A stretch of 49,653 nt of DNA from Syntrophaceae bacterium UBA4059 (lineage in GTDB: Bacteria; Desulfobacterota; Syntrophia; Syntrophales; Smithellaceae): positions 9,758 to 59,410 of the forward strand of contig DFZJ01000223.1 of the NCBI GenBank assembly GCA_002382045.1, read 5' to 3'. Each line of letters begins with the position of its first letter. Within the stretch, counting starts at the first letter, position 1. The notes under the pieces were generated by a model that saw nothing but the letters and a program-made list of their open reading frames with translations, searched no databases and was not told where the DNA came from. The translations under genes were made by a program, and so were the position numbers. This document shows positions 1-8,765 of this stretch, one piece after another.

Positions 1-326
1 GCGTGGGGAGGAAAACCGGAAGCCTCGCTCGTTTCTGTTTCTACCTGCGAAACCAGCAGGAAATCGCCCGGCTGCTGCGAGAAATCAGCTGAATTATCAA
101 TTAATTAAGTAATCTCCCCATTGATAAGCAATTCTACAATTTATTTCCGTTCTTCTAACCATTCAGGAAAGGGCATTGATTATTTAAGGGGTAATGCTAA
201 AATTATAGCTATGAATGAGGTGGCAAGAAGCCATCAAGGAAATGAGAGGAAAAGCGTAAAAAGATTGGGTGAGTTAACGAATTAACAAGTCAACGGTGGC
301 GGTTATTCATGAAAGGAGGAATGATC

Positions 327-773
327 ATGTTTACACCAAAAAGAATTCTTGTACCAACAGACTTTTCCGGTAACTCAGACGAAGCGCTGAAACAGGCATT
401 GGAGTTGGCAAAGCAATACCATGCCAAAGTCTATTTGCTGCATGTTGCGGCGCCGATTACGCAATGGGCGGTGGATTATGTTCCTGATGCATCGGCAGTC
501 AAACAGGCCGAGGAGGCGGAAATCCTTCGGGCGAAAGAGATGATGCAGAAAGAACTGGCCAAATTTCCAGAAGGCCAGGAGATAGAAGTGATCAGCGATA
601 TCCGGGAAGGTGATACTGTGGCGGAAATTCTCAAAGAGCAGGATGAAAACAGTGTCGATTTAATTGTGATGCCGTCCCACGGCAAAACAGGAATGATCAA
701 ACGTATGATGGGGTTAGTTTCAGAGAAGGTCATGGAGGAAGCAAAAAGCCCCGTGCTCCTTGTCCAACATTAA
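327..773 (+). CDS. universal stress protein (UspA family)
   Basis: The N-terminus MFTPKRILVPTDFSGNSDEALKQALELAKQYHAKVYLLHV and the C-terminal GKTGMIKRMMGLVSEKVMEEAKSPVLLV match the usual Usp pattern. AAAGGAGG lies 7 nt upstream of ATG 327. The ORF track starts at 309, but that start has no Shine-Dalgarno spacing. Confidence 0.85.
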   Translation: MFTPKRILVPTDFSGNSDEALKQALELAKQYHAKVYLLHVAAPITQWAVDYVPDASAVKQAEEAEILRAKEMMQKELAKFPEGQEIEVISDIREGDTVAEILKEQDENSVDLIVMPSHGKTGMIKRMMGLVSEKVMEEAKSPVLLVQH

Positions 774-873
774 TGGGCGCAGATTTTTGCTTGAACATTG
801 AAGAGACGGCGATCGTTACTCATTTTGACAATATTCTCAATATTGAGAACATCGAATCAAGGAAGGAGATATT

Positions 874-1788
874 ATGAAGAAAGTTATTTTCCTTGTATCG
901 CTAATGCTGGCTGTGGCATTTGTCCTTGGCGCTGCCACGGTGCAGAGTCAAACCGGCAGAGGCGGCTATGGTTACGGCATGGGTCACGGATATGGCTATG
1001 GCATGGGCCCGGGAATGATGGGAGATGGCTGGATTGATGTTCCGGCTAAACTGCCCGCACCCAAAAGTACGGAATGGACACAAAAACTCCGGGAGATTCT
1101 CACGCTGGAAAAAGAATCTCTGGCGCAGTATCAGGCCGATCAGGAAAAATTCAATGTCTACATGCCTTATATGATGGTCATTCCTCAGGAAGAAAATCAC
1201 GTCGAATGGATAGGACAACTGTTTAAAGCTTATGGTTTACCCGCCGATGGGAAGACGCCCCCCGTGGTGGACAATAAGACCTTGAAGCAGGCTTACGAAC
1301 TCAGCGTGAAAATGGAAAACGAGTTGTTGCCCCGTTATGAATGGCTCGTAAAAAAGGCAGAGGATCGCGATACGGCTCAGGTGTTGAATGCCATCCTCAT
1401 TCAGAGCCGCTGGCATCTGGTGATGTTTGATCATGCCTTGCGCATGGGTCATGGCTATGGATTCAGCAGAGGCTGGGGTATGGGACGCGGTATGATGGGC
1501 AGATATGGGTCTGATTATGGCATGGGATATGGCATGATGGGAGACTATTATGGTACAGGCCGCGGCTATGGACGGCAATATCCGTCAAGCGGCAAGGCGA
1601 TAGACGCAAAGGAAGCCGAGGCCATGATGAATGACTATTTGAAGTCTTCGAGAAATCCCAATCTGAAGCTGGGCAAGATTAAAGACGTGGGTGGGGCCTT
1701 TGAGGCGGAGATATTGACAAAGAAGAACGACCTTGTTGACAGGGTTCATATTGACAAGACAACGGGCTATATAAAATCGGCTTATTAG
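874..1788 (+). CDS. secreted ferritin-like (DUF2202-type) protein flanked by Gly-Tyr-Gly-Met-rich segments, with a C-terminal PepSY-like domain
   Basis: It has a signal peptide (MKKVIFLVSLMLAVAFVLGAATVQS) followed by GYGYGMGHGYGYGMGPGMMG. A four-helix core carries EENH and SRWHLVMF motifs laid out as in DUF2202 ferritin-like proteins (recalled from memory). A second G/Y/M-rich stretch follows, then a PepSY-like tail ending in VHIDKTTGYIKSAY. GGAG lies upstream of the ATG. Confidence 0.7.
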   Translation: MKKVIFLVSLMLAVAFVLGAATVQSQTGRGGYGYGMGHGYGYGMGPGMMGDGWIDVPAKLPAPKSTEWTQKLREILTLEKESLAQYQADQEKFNVYMPYMMVIPQEENHVEWIGQLFKAYGLPADGKTPPVVDNKTLKQAYELSVKMENELLPRYEWLVKKAEDRDTAQVLNAILIQSRWHLVMFDHALRMGHGYGFSRGWGMGRGMMGRYGSDYGMGYGMMGDYYGTGRGYGRQYPSSGKAIDAKEAEAMMNDYLKSSRNPNLKLGKIKDVGGAFEAEILTKKNDLVDRVHIDKTTGYIKSAY

Positions 1789-1844
1789 GAACAGGACCTT
1801 TGCCCCGGTTGGCTTGCAACTTTGTTTCAAGGCATAATGTTATG

Positions 1845-1880
1845 ATCCCGGAGGCAGCATCTTAATACTGCCTCCGGGAT
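1845..1880 (+). terminator. stem-loop downstream of the 874-1788 gene (13-bp perfect stem, no U-tract)
   Basis: ATCCCGGAGGCAG (1845-1857) pairs perfectly with CTGCCTCCGGGAT (1868-1880) around a 10-nt loop, 57 nt after the stop codon. It is followed by AAATAT rather than a T-run, so intrinsic-terminator function is uncertain. Confidence 0.4.
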
Positions 1881-1988
1881 AAATATCGAGTTGGGATGTG
1901 GAATTGACAACAAATAGAGACCGTAAAACATGCGATACAACTCTTAAGCTGGAATAATAGAATCACATCTGAAAAGGAGATACCGAAG

Positions 1989-2312
1989 ATGAAAACATTT
2001 TATACAATATTTGCTTTAATGATGGCAGGATTGCTTGTGTCCTGTGGAGGTATGGGTGGATATGGCGATCAAGGTCCCGGCGGTTGGGGACCCATGATGC
2101 ATTCTGGCTTCGGATTCGGAGGAATGTTTATGTGGATATTGTTGGTTATTGTCATTGGTGTTGTCGCTTATTTTATCATTCAAAATATCAGGGCGAAGAC
2201 CACGGGCGGAGCGACGCAGGAAACACCGTTGGATATCTTAAAGAAGCGTTACGCTAAGGGAGAAATCAGTAAAGAAGATTTTGACCGGATGAAGCGTGAT
2301 CTTGAAACGTGA
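1989..2312 (+). CDS. SHOCT-domain membrane lipoprotein
   Basis: It has a lipobox-like LLVSC, a G/M-rich segment (GGMGGYGDQGPGGWGPMMHSGFGFGGMF), one TM helix and a C-terminal LDILKKRYAKGEISKEDFDRMKRDLE, which is the SHOCT motif. AAGGAGA lies upstream. Confidence 0.8.
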   Translation: MKTFYTIFALMMAGLLVSCGGMGGYGDQGPGGWGPMMHSGFGFGGMFMWILLVIVIGVVAYFIIQNIRAKTTGGATQETPLDILKKRYAKGEISKEDFDRMKRDLET

Positions 2313-2362
2313 TACATTTCAAAAAATAATGACCTGGCTTTTACAAGTAACGGGGGCGATGA

Positions 2363-5300
2363 ATGGACGGTGGTAAAAAAGAGTATCTTGAAACGCAGTT
2401 TGGCAATCGGGTTAATTTCAATGAAATGGAGCGTGTCTTATACACGCCATGACATTGCGGCAATACCTTCGCTTATAGCACCGCTCATTGGCAAAACCGT
2501 TCCCGATGCGATAGTTCAGCCCCAAAACGAAGAAGAACTGGTCAAGCTCATTCACTGGGCCGGGCAAAATAATATAGCGCTTACACCGCGGGCCAAAGCA
2601 TCTTCCGGCTATGGCGGGGTCCTGCCGGTCAAGCAGGGGATTGTTGTTGATTTCTTCCGGCTCAATAAAATTCTATCTATCGATAAACAAGCGCAAACCG
2701 TGACCTGCCAGGCAGGTATTGTCTGGGAAAAAGTTGATGCCGCGCTGGCTAAAGAGGGGCTTACCGTCAATCTTTATCCGTCAAGCTATCCCGGCTCGAC
2801 CGTCGGCGGCTGGCTGGCGCAAGGCGGTGCGGGTTTCGGTTCCTATCAATACGGCTGGTTTCGGGAAAATGTTGTTTCCGCCCGTGTCGCCCTGCCCGAC
2901 GGTTCGGTGCGCGTTTTCACAGGCGATGATCTGGAACTGATCGCCGATGCTGAGGGCACCACCGGTTTTATTCTCGACTTAACCATGAAAGTTCAACCGA
3001 AAGAGGAACTCGAAGTTATTGCCATCGGTTGTCCGGATGCGTCGGACCTCCAGCGGATTGTAGAAGACATTGTCAAAGCAGATCTGCCGATATGGTCTCT
3101 TGTTTTCATCAATCCCCGTATGGCGGAAATGAAAAACCGCTCGCCGCTGATGGAACACAACGGTCATCCGATGGAAGAAAGGGTACTGCTGCCTGCATCC
3201 TATGTCGCCACCGTCGCCTTTCAGAAAAAAGATGCACCGCAGATTATGGAAAAGCTGAATAATATTTTGCATCGCTGCCAGGGCGAAATATTAAGTGAGC
3301 GCATCGCCGAACATGAATGGAAAAGCCGATTCAAGATCATGGTCGTCAAACGGCTGGGGCCCAGTCTGGTGCCAGCCGAAGTTGTTATCCCGCTGTCTCG
3401 ATTGGGCCGATTCATGACTGAAGTGGAAAATAAAATCAATCAACCCGTTGTTAAGGAAGGAACAGTTGTCCGCAAAGGCAAAGACGGAAACCCGGAGGTC
3501 GTTATTCTGGGCTTTATCCCGGCGGATCAGCGTAAATTCAGTTATAACTTTGTTTTCAGTCTTTCGTTGTCCATTATGAAAATTGCCGAAGCCAACGGCG
3601 GCCGTGCCTACTCAACCGGATTGTATTTCAAATCAAAAGCCAAAAAAGTATTAGGGGCAAAACGTTTAGCCCGATTAAAAGCTTTCAAGAGCCAAGTTGA
3701 TGAAAAGGGCATTTTCAATCCGGGAAAAGTGATCGGTTTTACAATCATGGACAGCGCCATGAGCCTGGCCGCTACTTTTGAGCCGTTGATCCGACCTTTG
3801 GGCAATCACGTCATCACGCATATCGGAGAGAGAAAAAGTTATCCCGTAACGGACATTCCGGCAGATGTGGTCTGGTATGCTTACAGTTGTTCTCAGTGCG
3901 GCTACTGTGTGGAGGAATGCGATCAATTTTACGGCCGTGGATGGGAGAGCCAGAGCCCGCGCGGCAAATGGTACTGGCTGCGGGAATATCTGGAAGGACG
4001 GGCCAAATGGGATCATGCCCAGGTTGATACGTTTCTGGTTTGTACAACTTGCGAGCTTTGCAATTTACGTTGTTCGACCGCACTGCCCATCGAGCCCTCC
4101 TGGATGAAACTGCGCGGCAAGTTGATCAATCAGGAAAAACGGATGACGTTTCCGCCTTTCGAAATGATGGCCGAAGCGCTTCGTAATGAGGGCAACATCT
4201 GGGCATGGTACCGCAAAAACAGGGCAGACTGGTTTCCCGAAGACCTGAAGGAAAAACACGGACCGGGACGCAAAGCACCAGCCATGTATTTTGCCGGATG
4301 CACGGCGAGCTATGTGGAGCATGACATTGCCATGGCCGCTGTCCGATTACTTGACCACGCGGGGGTGGATTTTACTTACGCGGGAGAACCGGAAAATTGC
4401 TGCGGAACTCCGATGCTGGTAGCCGGTAAATGGAACCTGTTTGCGGATATCATGCGCAAAAATATAGAAGTTGTAAAACACACCGGCGCCGATACAGTGA
4501 TTGCCTCTTGTCCGGCCTGCGACATGATGTGGCGAAATGTTTATCCCGAATGGGCCAAGAAATTGGGGATAGAATACAATATCACAGCCAAACATTACTC
4601 GGAAATTCTTGCCGATAAAATTAAATCCGGTGAATTTGTATTTCCGCCCAATGATATGCCACCGGTGAAAGTAACGTGGCATGACTCCTGTCATATCGGG
4701 AGGGCTTCCGGTGTTTATGAACCGCCCCGCGATTTGATCAAGGCAATTCCCAATGTGGAATTTGTGGAAATGGAACATAACCGCGAGCAGGGCCGCTGTT
4801 GCGGCAGTGTGCTCACCCTCATCAAAGATCCTCCTATTGCTGCCGATATCGGAAAAACAAGACTTGACGAGGCAGTGGAAGCAGGCGCCGAAAAAGTTCT
4901 GGCACTATGTCCCTGCTGCCAGGTGCAGTTGCGCGTTACCGCAAAGAAGAAAAACCTGCCGGTGGAGATTGTTGATTTAGCTCATTTGGCCGGAAACGCC
5001 CTGGGCTATGATTTCCCTGATCCTAATCCGGATGTGCACCGCCAGTGGGGTGTATTCGATGCCTTCATATCACTCATGACGCCGCGGGGCTTTGCCGACC
5101 TGATGGGGTCGATGTGGCCGCAACTGATTGATGCCATGCCTTTTGGCATGGGGTCCATGATGCGGGCCATGGGCAAGATTCCCGGCGCTCTCAATTTAAT
5201 GAAACGCATGTTTCCTATATTGTTCCCCCGGCTGCTGCCGATGATGATGCCCAAGGTTATGCCGGTCATGCTTGCGCGGGTTGCCGCCCGAATTCCCATG

Positions 5301-5435
5301 CCTGATTACATGCTCGAGCAGATGCCGGAGATGATGCCCAAAGTGATGGACAACCTGATGCCGCACATGATTGGCGATCTGGTTCCGCTCGTCACCCAGC
5401 CGATGATTGATTACCTGACAGGCAAGAATAAATGA
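2363..5435 (+). CDS. FAD-linked oxidase (GlcD / D-lactate dehydrogenase-like) fused to a 2x[4Fe-4S] plus 2xCCG (GlcF/HdrD-like) domain and a Met-rich C-terminal tail; apparent +1 frameshift near 2444
   Basis: There is an FAD_binding_4-like N-terminal half (PRAKASSGYGGVLP, GSTVGGWLAQGGAGFGS). Two ferredoxin motifs are present: CSQCGYCVEEC and CTTCELCNLRC. Two CCG motifs are present: ENCCGTP and RCCGS. The main ORF runs 2370-5435. A better start (ATG 2363 with a GGGGG Shine-Dalgarno) lies one frame over and stops at 2450. Confidence 0.8.
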
Positions 5436-5475
5436 TCGGCTGCGTCAGGACTTGATATTTTAAAAGGAGATCATA

Positions 5476-5703
5476 ATGAGTCAATACAAAATCGCCGTTA
5501 TCGTGGGAAGTTTGCGCAAGGATTCATTCAACCTTAAACTGGCCAACGCGGTTGTAAAATTGGCACCGTCTGATTTCACATTCAAACAATCGCAAATCAG
5601 CGACTTGCCGCTCTACAACCAGGACGATGACGCAAACCAAGCGGCCCAGGTCATCCAGCTGAAAAACGAAATCAAAGATACCGATGGTCGTCTGTTTATC
5701 TAA
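5476..5703 (+). pseudogene. NAD(P)H-dependent FMN reductase, N-terminal fragment only
   Basis: MSQYKIAVIVGSLRKDSFNLKLANAV...ISDLPLYNQDDD...IKDTDGRLFI* matches the first ~75 residues of ~180-aa FMN reductases. It stops where the PEYN flavin-binding segment would normally follow. No continuation is visible in any frame downstream. Confidence 0.6.
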
Positions 5704-5753
5704 TTCATTGTTCTTAAAGGACTAAACCAAGTATTTGGCTTTCATTCCACTGT

Positions 5754-5769
5754 TGGCAGGTTATTTGCC
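5754..5769 (+). promoter_or_regulatory. sigma-54-type -24/-12 element candidate (TGGCAGGTTATTTGCC)
   Basis: The GG-N10-GC spacing and the TGGCA/TTGC blocks fit the sigma-54 consensus TGGCAC-N5-TTGCW. No convincing gene lies immediately downstream. Confidence 0.3.
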
Positions 5770-5993
5770 GTTACGTTGTTATGTTATAAATAAATCTAAA
5801 AAGTAGAAATAGCCATGTCAAAAATAAATCTAACGATGGGGTCCAGATCACATCCAGTTTCCCTCAGCATATTGAGGCTCCACCAAATGCTGAGGCCTGG
5901 TAAAGGGCTTTATCTTTCAGGCTTGCCGTCTCTTTTAATTTAATCATCCGTTATTAAAGAGTGAATCCAAAATTCAGGCATACCTTCGGCGAT

Positions 5994-6009
5994 TGGCAGG
6001 CTATTTGCT
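5994..6009 (+). promoter_or_regulatory. sigma-54-type -24/-12 element candidate (TGGCAGGCTATTTGCT) upstream of the usp gene
   Basis: It has the same GG-N10-GC geometry and lies about 90 nt upstream of ATG 6099. It is a near-identical second copy of the 5754 element. Confidence 0.35.
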
Positions 6010-6098
6010 ATTGTAAATTTGTTATTCTTTTAATCATCCGAATGGTTTCAAGCCGGAGACTTGAACCGACAAAAGTTAACTTAAAAAGGAGATCAATT

Positions 6099-6578
6099 AT
6101 GGGAATTATCAAAAACATTCTTGCTGTAAGTTGGCTGACCCCAAATTGCAGAAAAACGGTACAGTTTGGGATTTCATTAGCCGGTCAATATCATGCCCGA
6201 CTTTCCGTTGTTCACGTTATCGATACAACGTGGCTTAAGGGATGGAGCCTCCCCATGGTGTCCATGGAACAAGAACGTAAACGGGAAATGGAAAAAAATA
6301 AAGAGGAACTGCATGAGATTATCAGCATCGAAAATAAAAAGGACATGGTCATTCGAGAATTTGTCAGGGAAGGAACGCCTTCCGAGGTCGTCCTGGAACT
6401 CATAGCAGAAGAAAATATCGATCTGCTGATCCTCCGCAGCCAAACAGAAAACCGCCTGGAACGCCTCTTGGTCGGAGGCAGTAATGATGAAATCATCAGA
6501 GCCATGCCTTGCTCCATATTTCTGGTAAAACAGGAACCATTTAATGTCGATGACGATGCAGAGACAGACGACGAATAG
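6099..6578 (+). CDS. universal stress protein family protein
   Basis: AAAGGAG lies 7 nt upstream of ATG 6099. The core reads IIKNILAVSW...GISLAGQYHARLSVVHVID...IDLLILRSQ...LLVGGSNDEIIRAMPCSIFLVK, followed by an acidic C-terminal tail. Confidence 0.8.
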   Translation: MGIIKNILAVSWLTPNCRKTVQFGISLAGQYHARLSVVHVIDTTWLKGWSLPMVSMEQERKREMEKNKEELHEIISIENKKDMVIREFVREGTPSEVVLELIAEENIDLLILRSQTENRLERLLVGGSNDEIIRAMPCSIFLVKQEPFNVDDDAETDDE

Positions 6579-6655
6579 AATGATGGGGTTATTGGTACTT
6601 TTGTGTCTTGTCGGGCGGCAATGGTTTCGCAAACTTCAACAGCAAAGGAGCCTTT

Positions 6656-6949
6656 ATGGCCTGCATCAAATGTGTGCATTGTAATTTTGTAGGCATCCTT
6701 GAGAATCAGGGCGCCGCTTTTCAAGATAAAACTGGTGACAGGCCGATTTCCCGTAGTTTTAAGCACAAGGGGCACAATCCTTTCTCCGGCAATCTTCAGT
6801 ATGAATGTTCCCGATGCGAAACAAAAATTCTTGTTGATCCCATGGATGTTCTGGGGGCGGTGGGGGCTGAAATCCTAAAAGATGTTCGCGAAAAACCAAG
6901 AGAAAAAAGTTTCTTTACGTCGTTGTTTTTCAGTCAGGACGGAATATAG
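6656..6949 (+). CDS. small zinc-ribbon protein (hypothetical)
   Basis: CIKCVHC and CSRC cysteine pairs are about 55 residues apart. AAAGGAG lies upstream of ATG 6656. The gene is wedged between usp and the GNAT gene with small gaps. No family was recognised. Confidence 0.5.
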   Translation: MACIKCVHCNFVGILENQGAAFQDKTGDRPISRSFKHKGHNPFSGNLQYECSRCETKILVDPMDVLGAVGAEILKDVREKPREKSFFTSLFFSQDGI

Positions 6950-6958
6950 GATGATACC

Positions 6959-7483
6959 ATGGGTCAGAACGATTATGAAGGAAATTGGACACTTGCTGAT
7001 GGAGAGAAGCTGACGTTGCGTCATATCGCACCTGCCGATGCCGCCAGAGAGCAAGCATTCGTCCATGGACTTTCCCCTGAGTCAAGCTACCGCCGTTTCC
7101 ACGGCACGATCAAAGACCTTAGCACGAAAGAATTAAAGGAGTTTACGGAACTTGATGCGCGAAACGCAGTGGCCATGGTTGTCCTGCGCAGTGGAGCAAA
7201 AGGTGAAGAAGAAATCGGTGTGGCGCGATATGTGATTGATCCGGATCGGGCGAACTGTGAGTTTGCAATTGTCGTTGGAGACGCATGGCGAAAGCGTGGC
7301 ATTGGTAAAAGACTGATGAATGCATTGATAGAGCACCTTCAGGTAAGTGGGATAAAACAAATCACTGGCTCCGTCATCCACAACAACTCGTCTATGCGTA
7401 AATTCGTTAAGGAGATGGGCTTTGAAGAAGTTGATGACCCTGATGATCCGTCAACTCTGTTGGTGATAAAACATTTAGATTAG
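6959..7483 (+). CDS. GNAT family N-acetyltransferase (Pat-type GNAT domain, stand-alone)
   Basis: The acetyl-CoA motif is RKRGIGKRLM (R/Q-x-x-G-x-G/A). The block SPESSYRRFHG...IGVARYV...CEFAIVVGDAW parallels the C-terminal GNAT of the 22962 fusion. Confidence 0.85.
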   Translation: MGQNDYEGNWTLADGEKLTLRHIAPADAAREQAFVHGLSPESSYRRFHGTIKDLSTKELKEFTELDARNAVAMVVLRSGAKGEEEIGVARYVIDPDRANCEFAIVVGDAWRKRGIGKRLMNALIEHLQVSGIKQITGSVIHNNSSMRKFVKEMGFEEVDDPDDPSTLLVIKHLD

Positions 7484-7519
7484 TCAACATCTCTTTTGTT
7501 GCAAGATGGTCACGTTATT

Positions 7520-7558
7520 ATCCCGGAGGAGGTGGCACTTTATCGCTTCCTCCGGGAT
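7520..7558 (+). terminator. stem-loop downstream of the GNAT gene, with the same stem sequence as 1845-1880
   Basis: ATCCCGGAGGA (7520-7530) pairs with TCCTCCGGGAT (7548-7558), 36 nt after the stop codon. There is no U-tract. Confidence 0.4.
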
Positions 7559-7632
7559 ATATTGCGTTAGGAGGCGGCGATTAAAAACCGATTTGCGTGG
7601 TTTTCATTAAATCAAATAGCAGGGGTAAAATA

Positions 7633-8751
7633 GTGAAAGAGAATCCTTTGAAAAAACTAGAAGCGCTCGGGCAGTCAGTTTGGCTCGACTACATTCGGCG
7701 CGACCTGATCGCCGGCGGAGAACTCCGGCGTCTGATCGAGGAGGATGGACTGAGAGGGATGACCTCGAACCCATCTATTTTTGAGAAGGCAATAGCGGAA
7801 AGCAACCTTTACGACCGGGATATTCGAGACATGGCCCTCAAGAAAAATAATGTTAATGCAATTTATGAAGCTCTCAGCCAGCGCGATGTCGAAAGTGCCG
7901 CAGACGAGTTCCGGCCTCTCTATGACAGGACTGACGGCAAAGATGGATATGTGAGTCTGGAAGTCAACCCCCATCTGGCGCATGACACCAAAGGTACAAT
8001 TGAAGAAGCCCGCCGATTATGGGCAGCACTCAACAGGCCCAATGTTTTAATCAAAGTTCCGGCGACGTCCGATGGTCTGCCTGCCATCCGGCAACTCATC
8101 AGTGAAGGGATTAATGTCAACGTGACGTTGCTTTTCGGGTTGCCTCGTTATCGACAGGTCGCGGAAGCTTACATTGCAGGTCTTGAAGCACGTGCAAATC
8201 AAGGGAAACCGTTTCAACATATCGCCTCGGTGGCCAGCTTTTTTTTAAGCCGTATTGATGCCCGGGTGGACCCGCTGGTGGAGAAATTCATTGAGCCTCG
8301 CGGTAAGAAGGCGGAAATTGCAAAAAAGGTTCACGGACAAGTGGCCGTCTCGAGCGCTAAAGCGGCTTATCAAATCTACAAGGATATTTTCGCCAGTAAT
8401 AGATTCAAGAAGCTGGCTGATAATGGTTTGCATCCACAGCGCCTGCTCTGGGCCAGCACAAGTACCAAGAACCCGGACTACAGCGATGTAAAATACATTG
8501 AAGAGATCATCGGACCGGACACGGTAAACACCATTCCGCTGGAAACGATCAATGCTTACCGTGATCATGGCGATCCGCAATTACGCCTCGAACAAGATGT
8601 TGAGGAAGCCCATTGGATAATGGCACGATTACCGGAACTAGGAATCAGCATCGACAAGATAACTCAGCAACTAGAAGACGAAGGCGTCAAGAAATTTGAT
8701 GAGCCTTTCGACAAGCTGATGGCGGCTTTGACGAAAAAGTCATCGGAGTAA
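7633..8751 (+). CDS. tal: transaldolase
   Basis: Motifs seen are GQSVWLDYIRRD, MTSNPSIFEKA and IKVPAT (Schiff-base Lys region). The length of ~372 aa is typical. I prefer GTG 7633 (AGGGG 7 nt upstream) over the ORF-track start at 7597. Confidence 0.9.
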   Translation: MKENPLKKLEALGQSVWLDYIRRDLIAGGELRRLIEEDGLRGMTSNPSIFEKAIAESNLYDRDIRDMALKKNNVNAIYEALSQRDVESAADEFRPLYDRTDGKDGYVSLEVNPHLAHDTKGTIEEARRLWAALNRPNVLIKVPATSDGLPAIRQLISEGINVNVTLLFGLPRYRQVAEAYIAGLEARANQGKPFQHIASVASFFLSRIDARVDPLVEKFIEPRGKKAEIAKKVHGQVAVSSAKAAYQIYKDIFASNRFKKLADNGLHPQRLLWASTSTKNPDYSDVKYIEEIIGPDTVNTIPLETINAYRDHGDPQLRLEQDVEEAHWIMARLPELGISIDKITQQLEDEGVKKFDEPFDKLMAALTKKSSE

Positions 8752-8765
8752 TTAAAGGGAAAACG

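Noticed and set aside
3-92. A possible 3' end of a plus-strand CDS entering from the left edge (frame 3: ...GSLARFCFYLRNQQEIARLLREIS*).
   Set aside because: Only 29 codons are visible, no family is recognisable, and two other frames are also open over most of this stretch. It cannot be supported as a feature.
774-791. A sigma-54-like sequence, TGGGCGCAGATTTTTGCT, upstream of the 874 gene.
   Set aside because: The GG-to-GC spacing is 11 nt rather than the required 10, so it does not fit the -24/-12 geometry.
5815-5949. A 44-codon ORF (MSKINLTMGSRSHPVSLSILRLHQMLRPGKGLYLSGLPSLLI*) in the 395-bp spacer.
   Set aside because: It has no Shine-Dalgarno sequence, no recognisable motif and a composition typical of non-coding DNA. 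It is mentioned only as context for the spacer finding.
6040-6070. A tRNA-like T-loop string (GGTTCAAGTCTCC on the minus strand), possibly a tRNA fragment or att site.
   Set aside because: The flanking 5-nt arms (GTCGG / CTCCG) do not base-pair. No acceptor or anticodon arms can be built, so this looks like a chance match.
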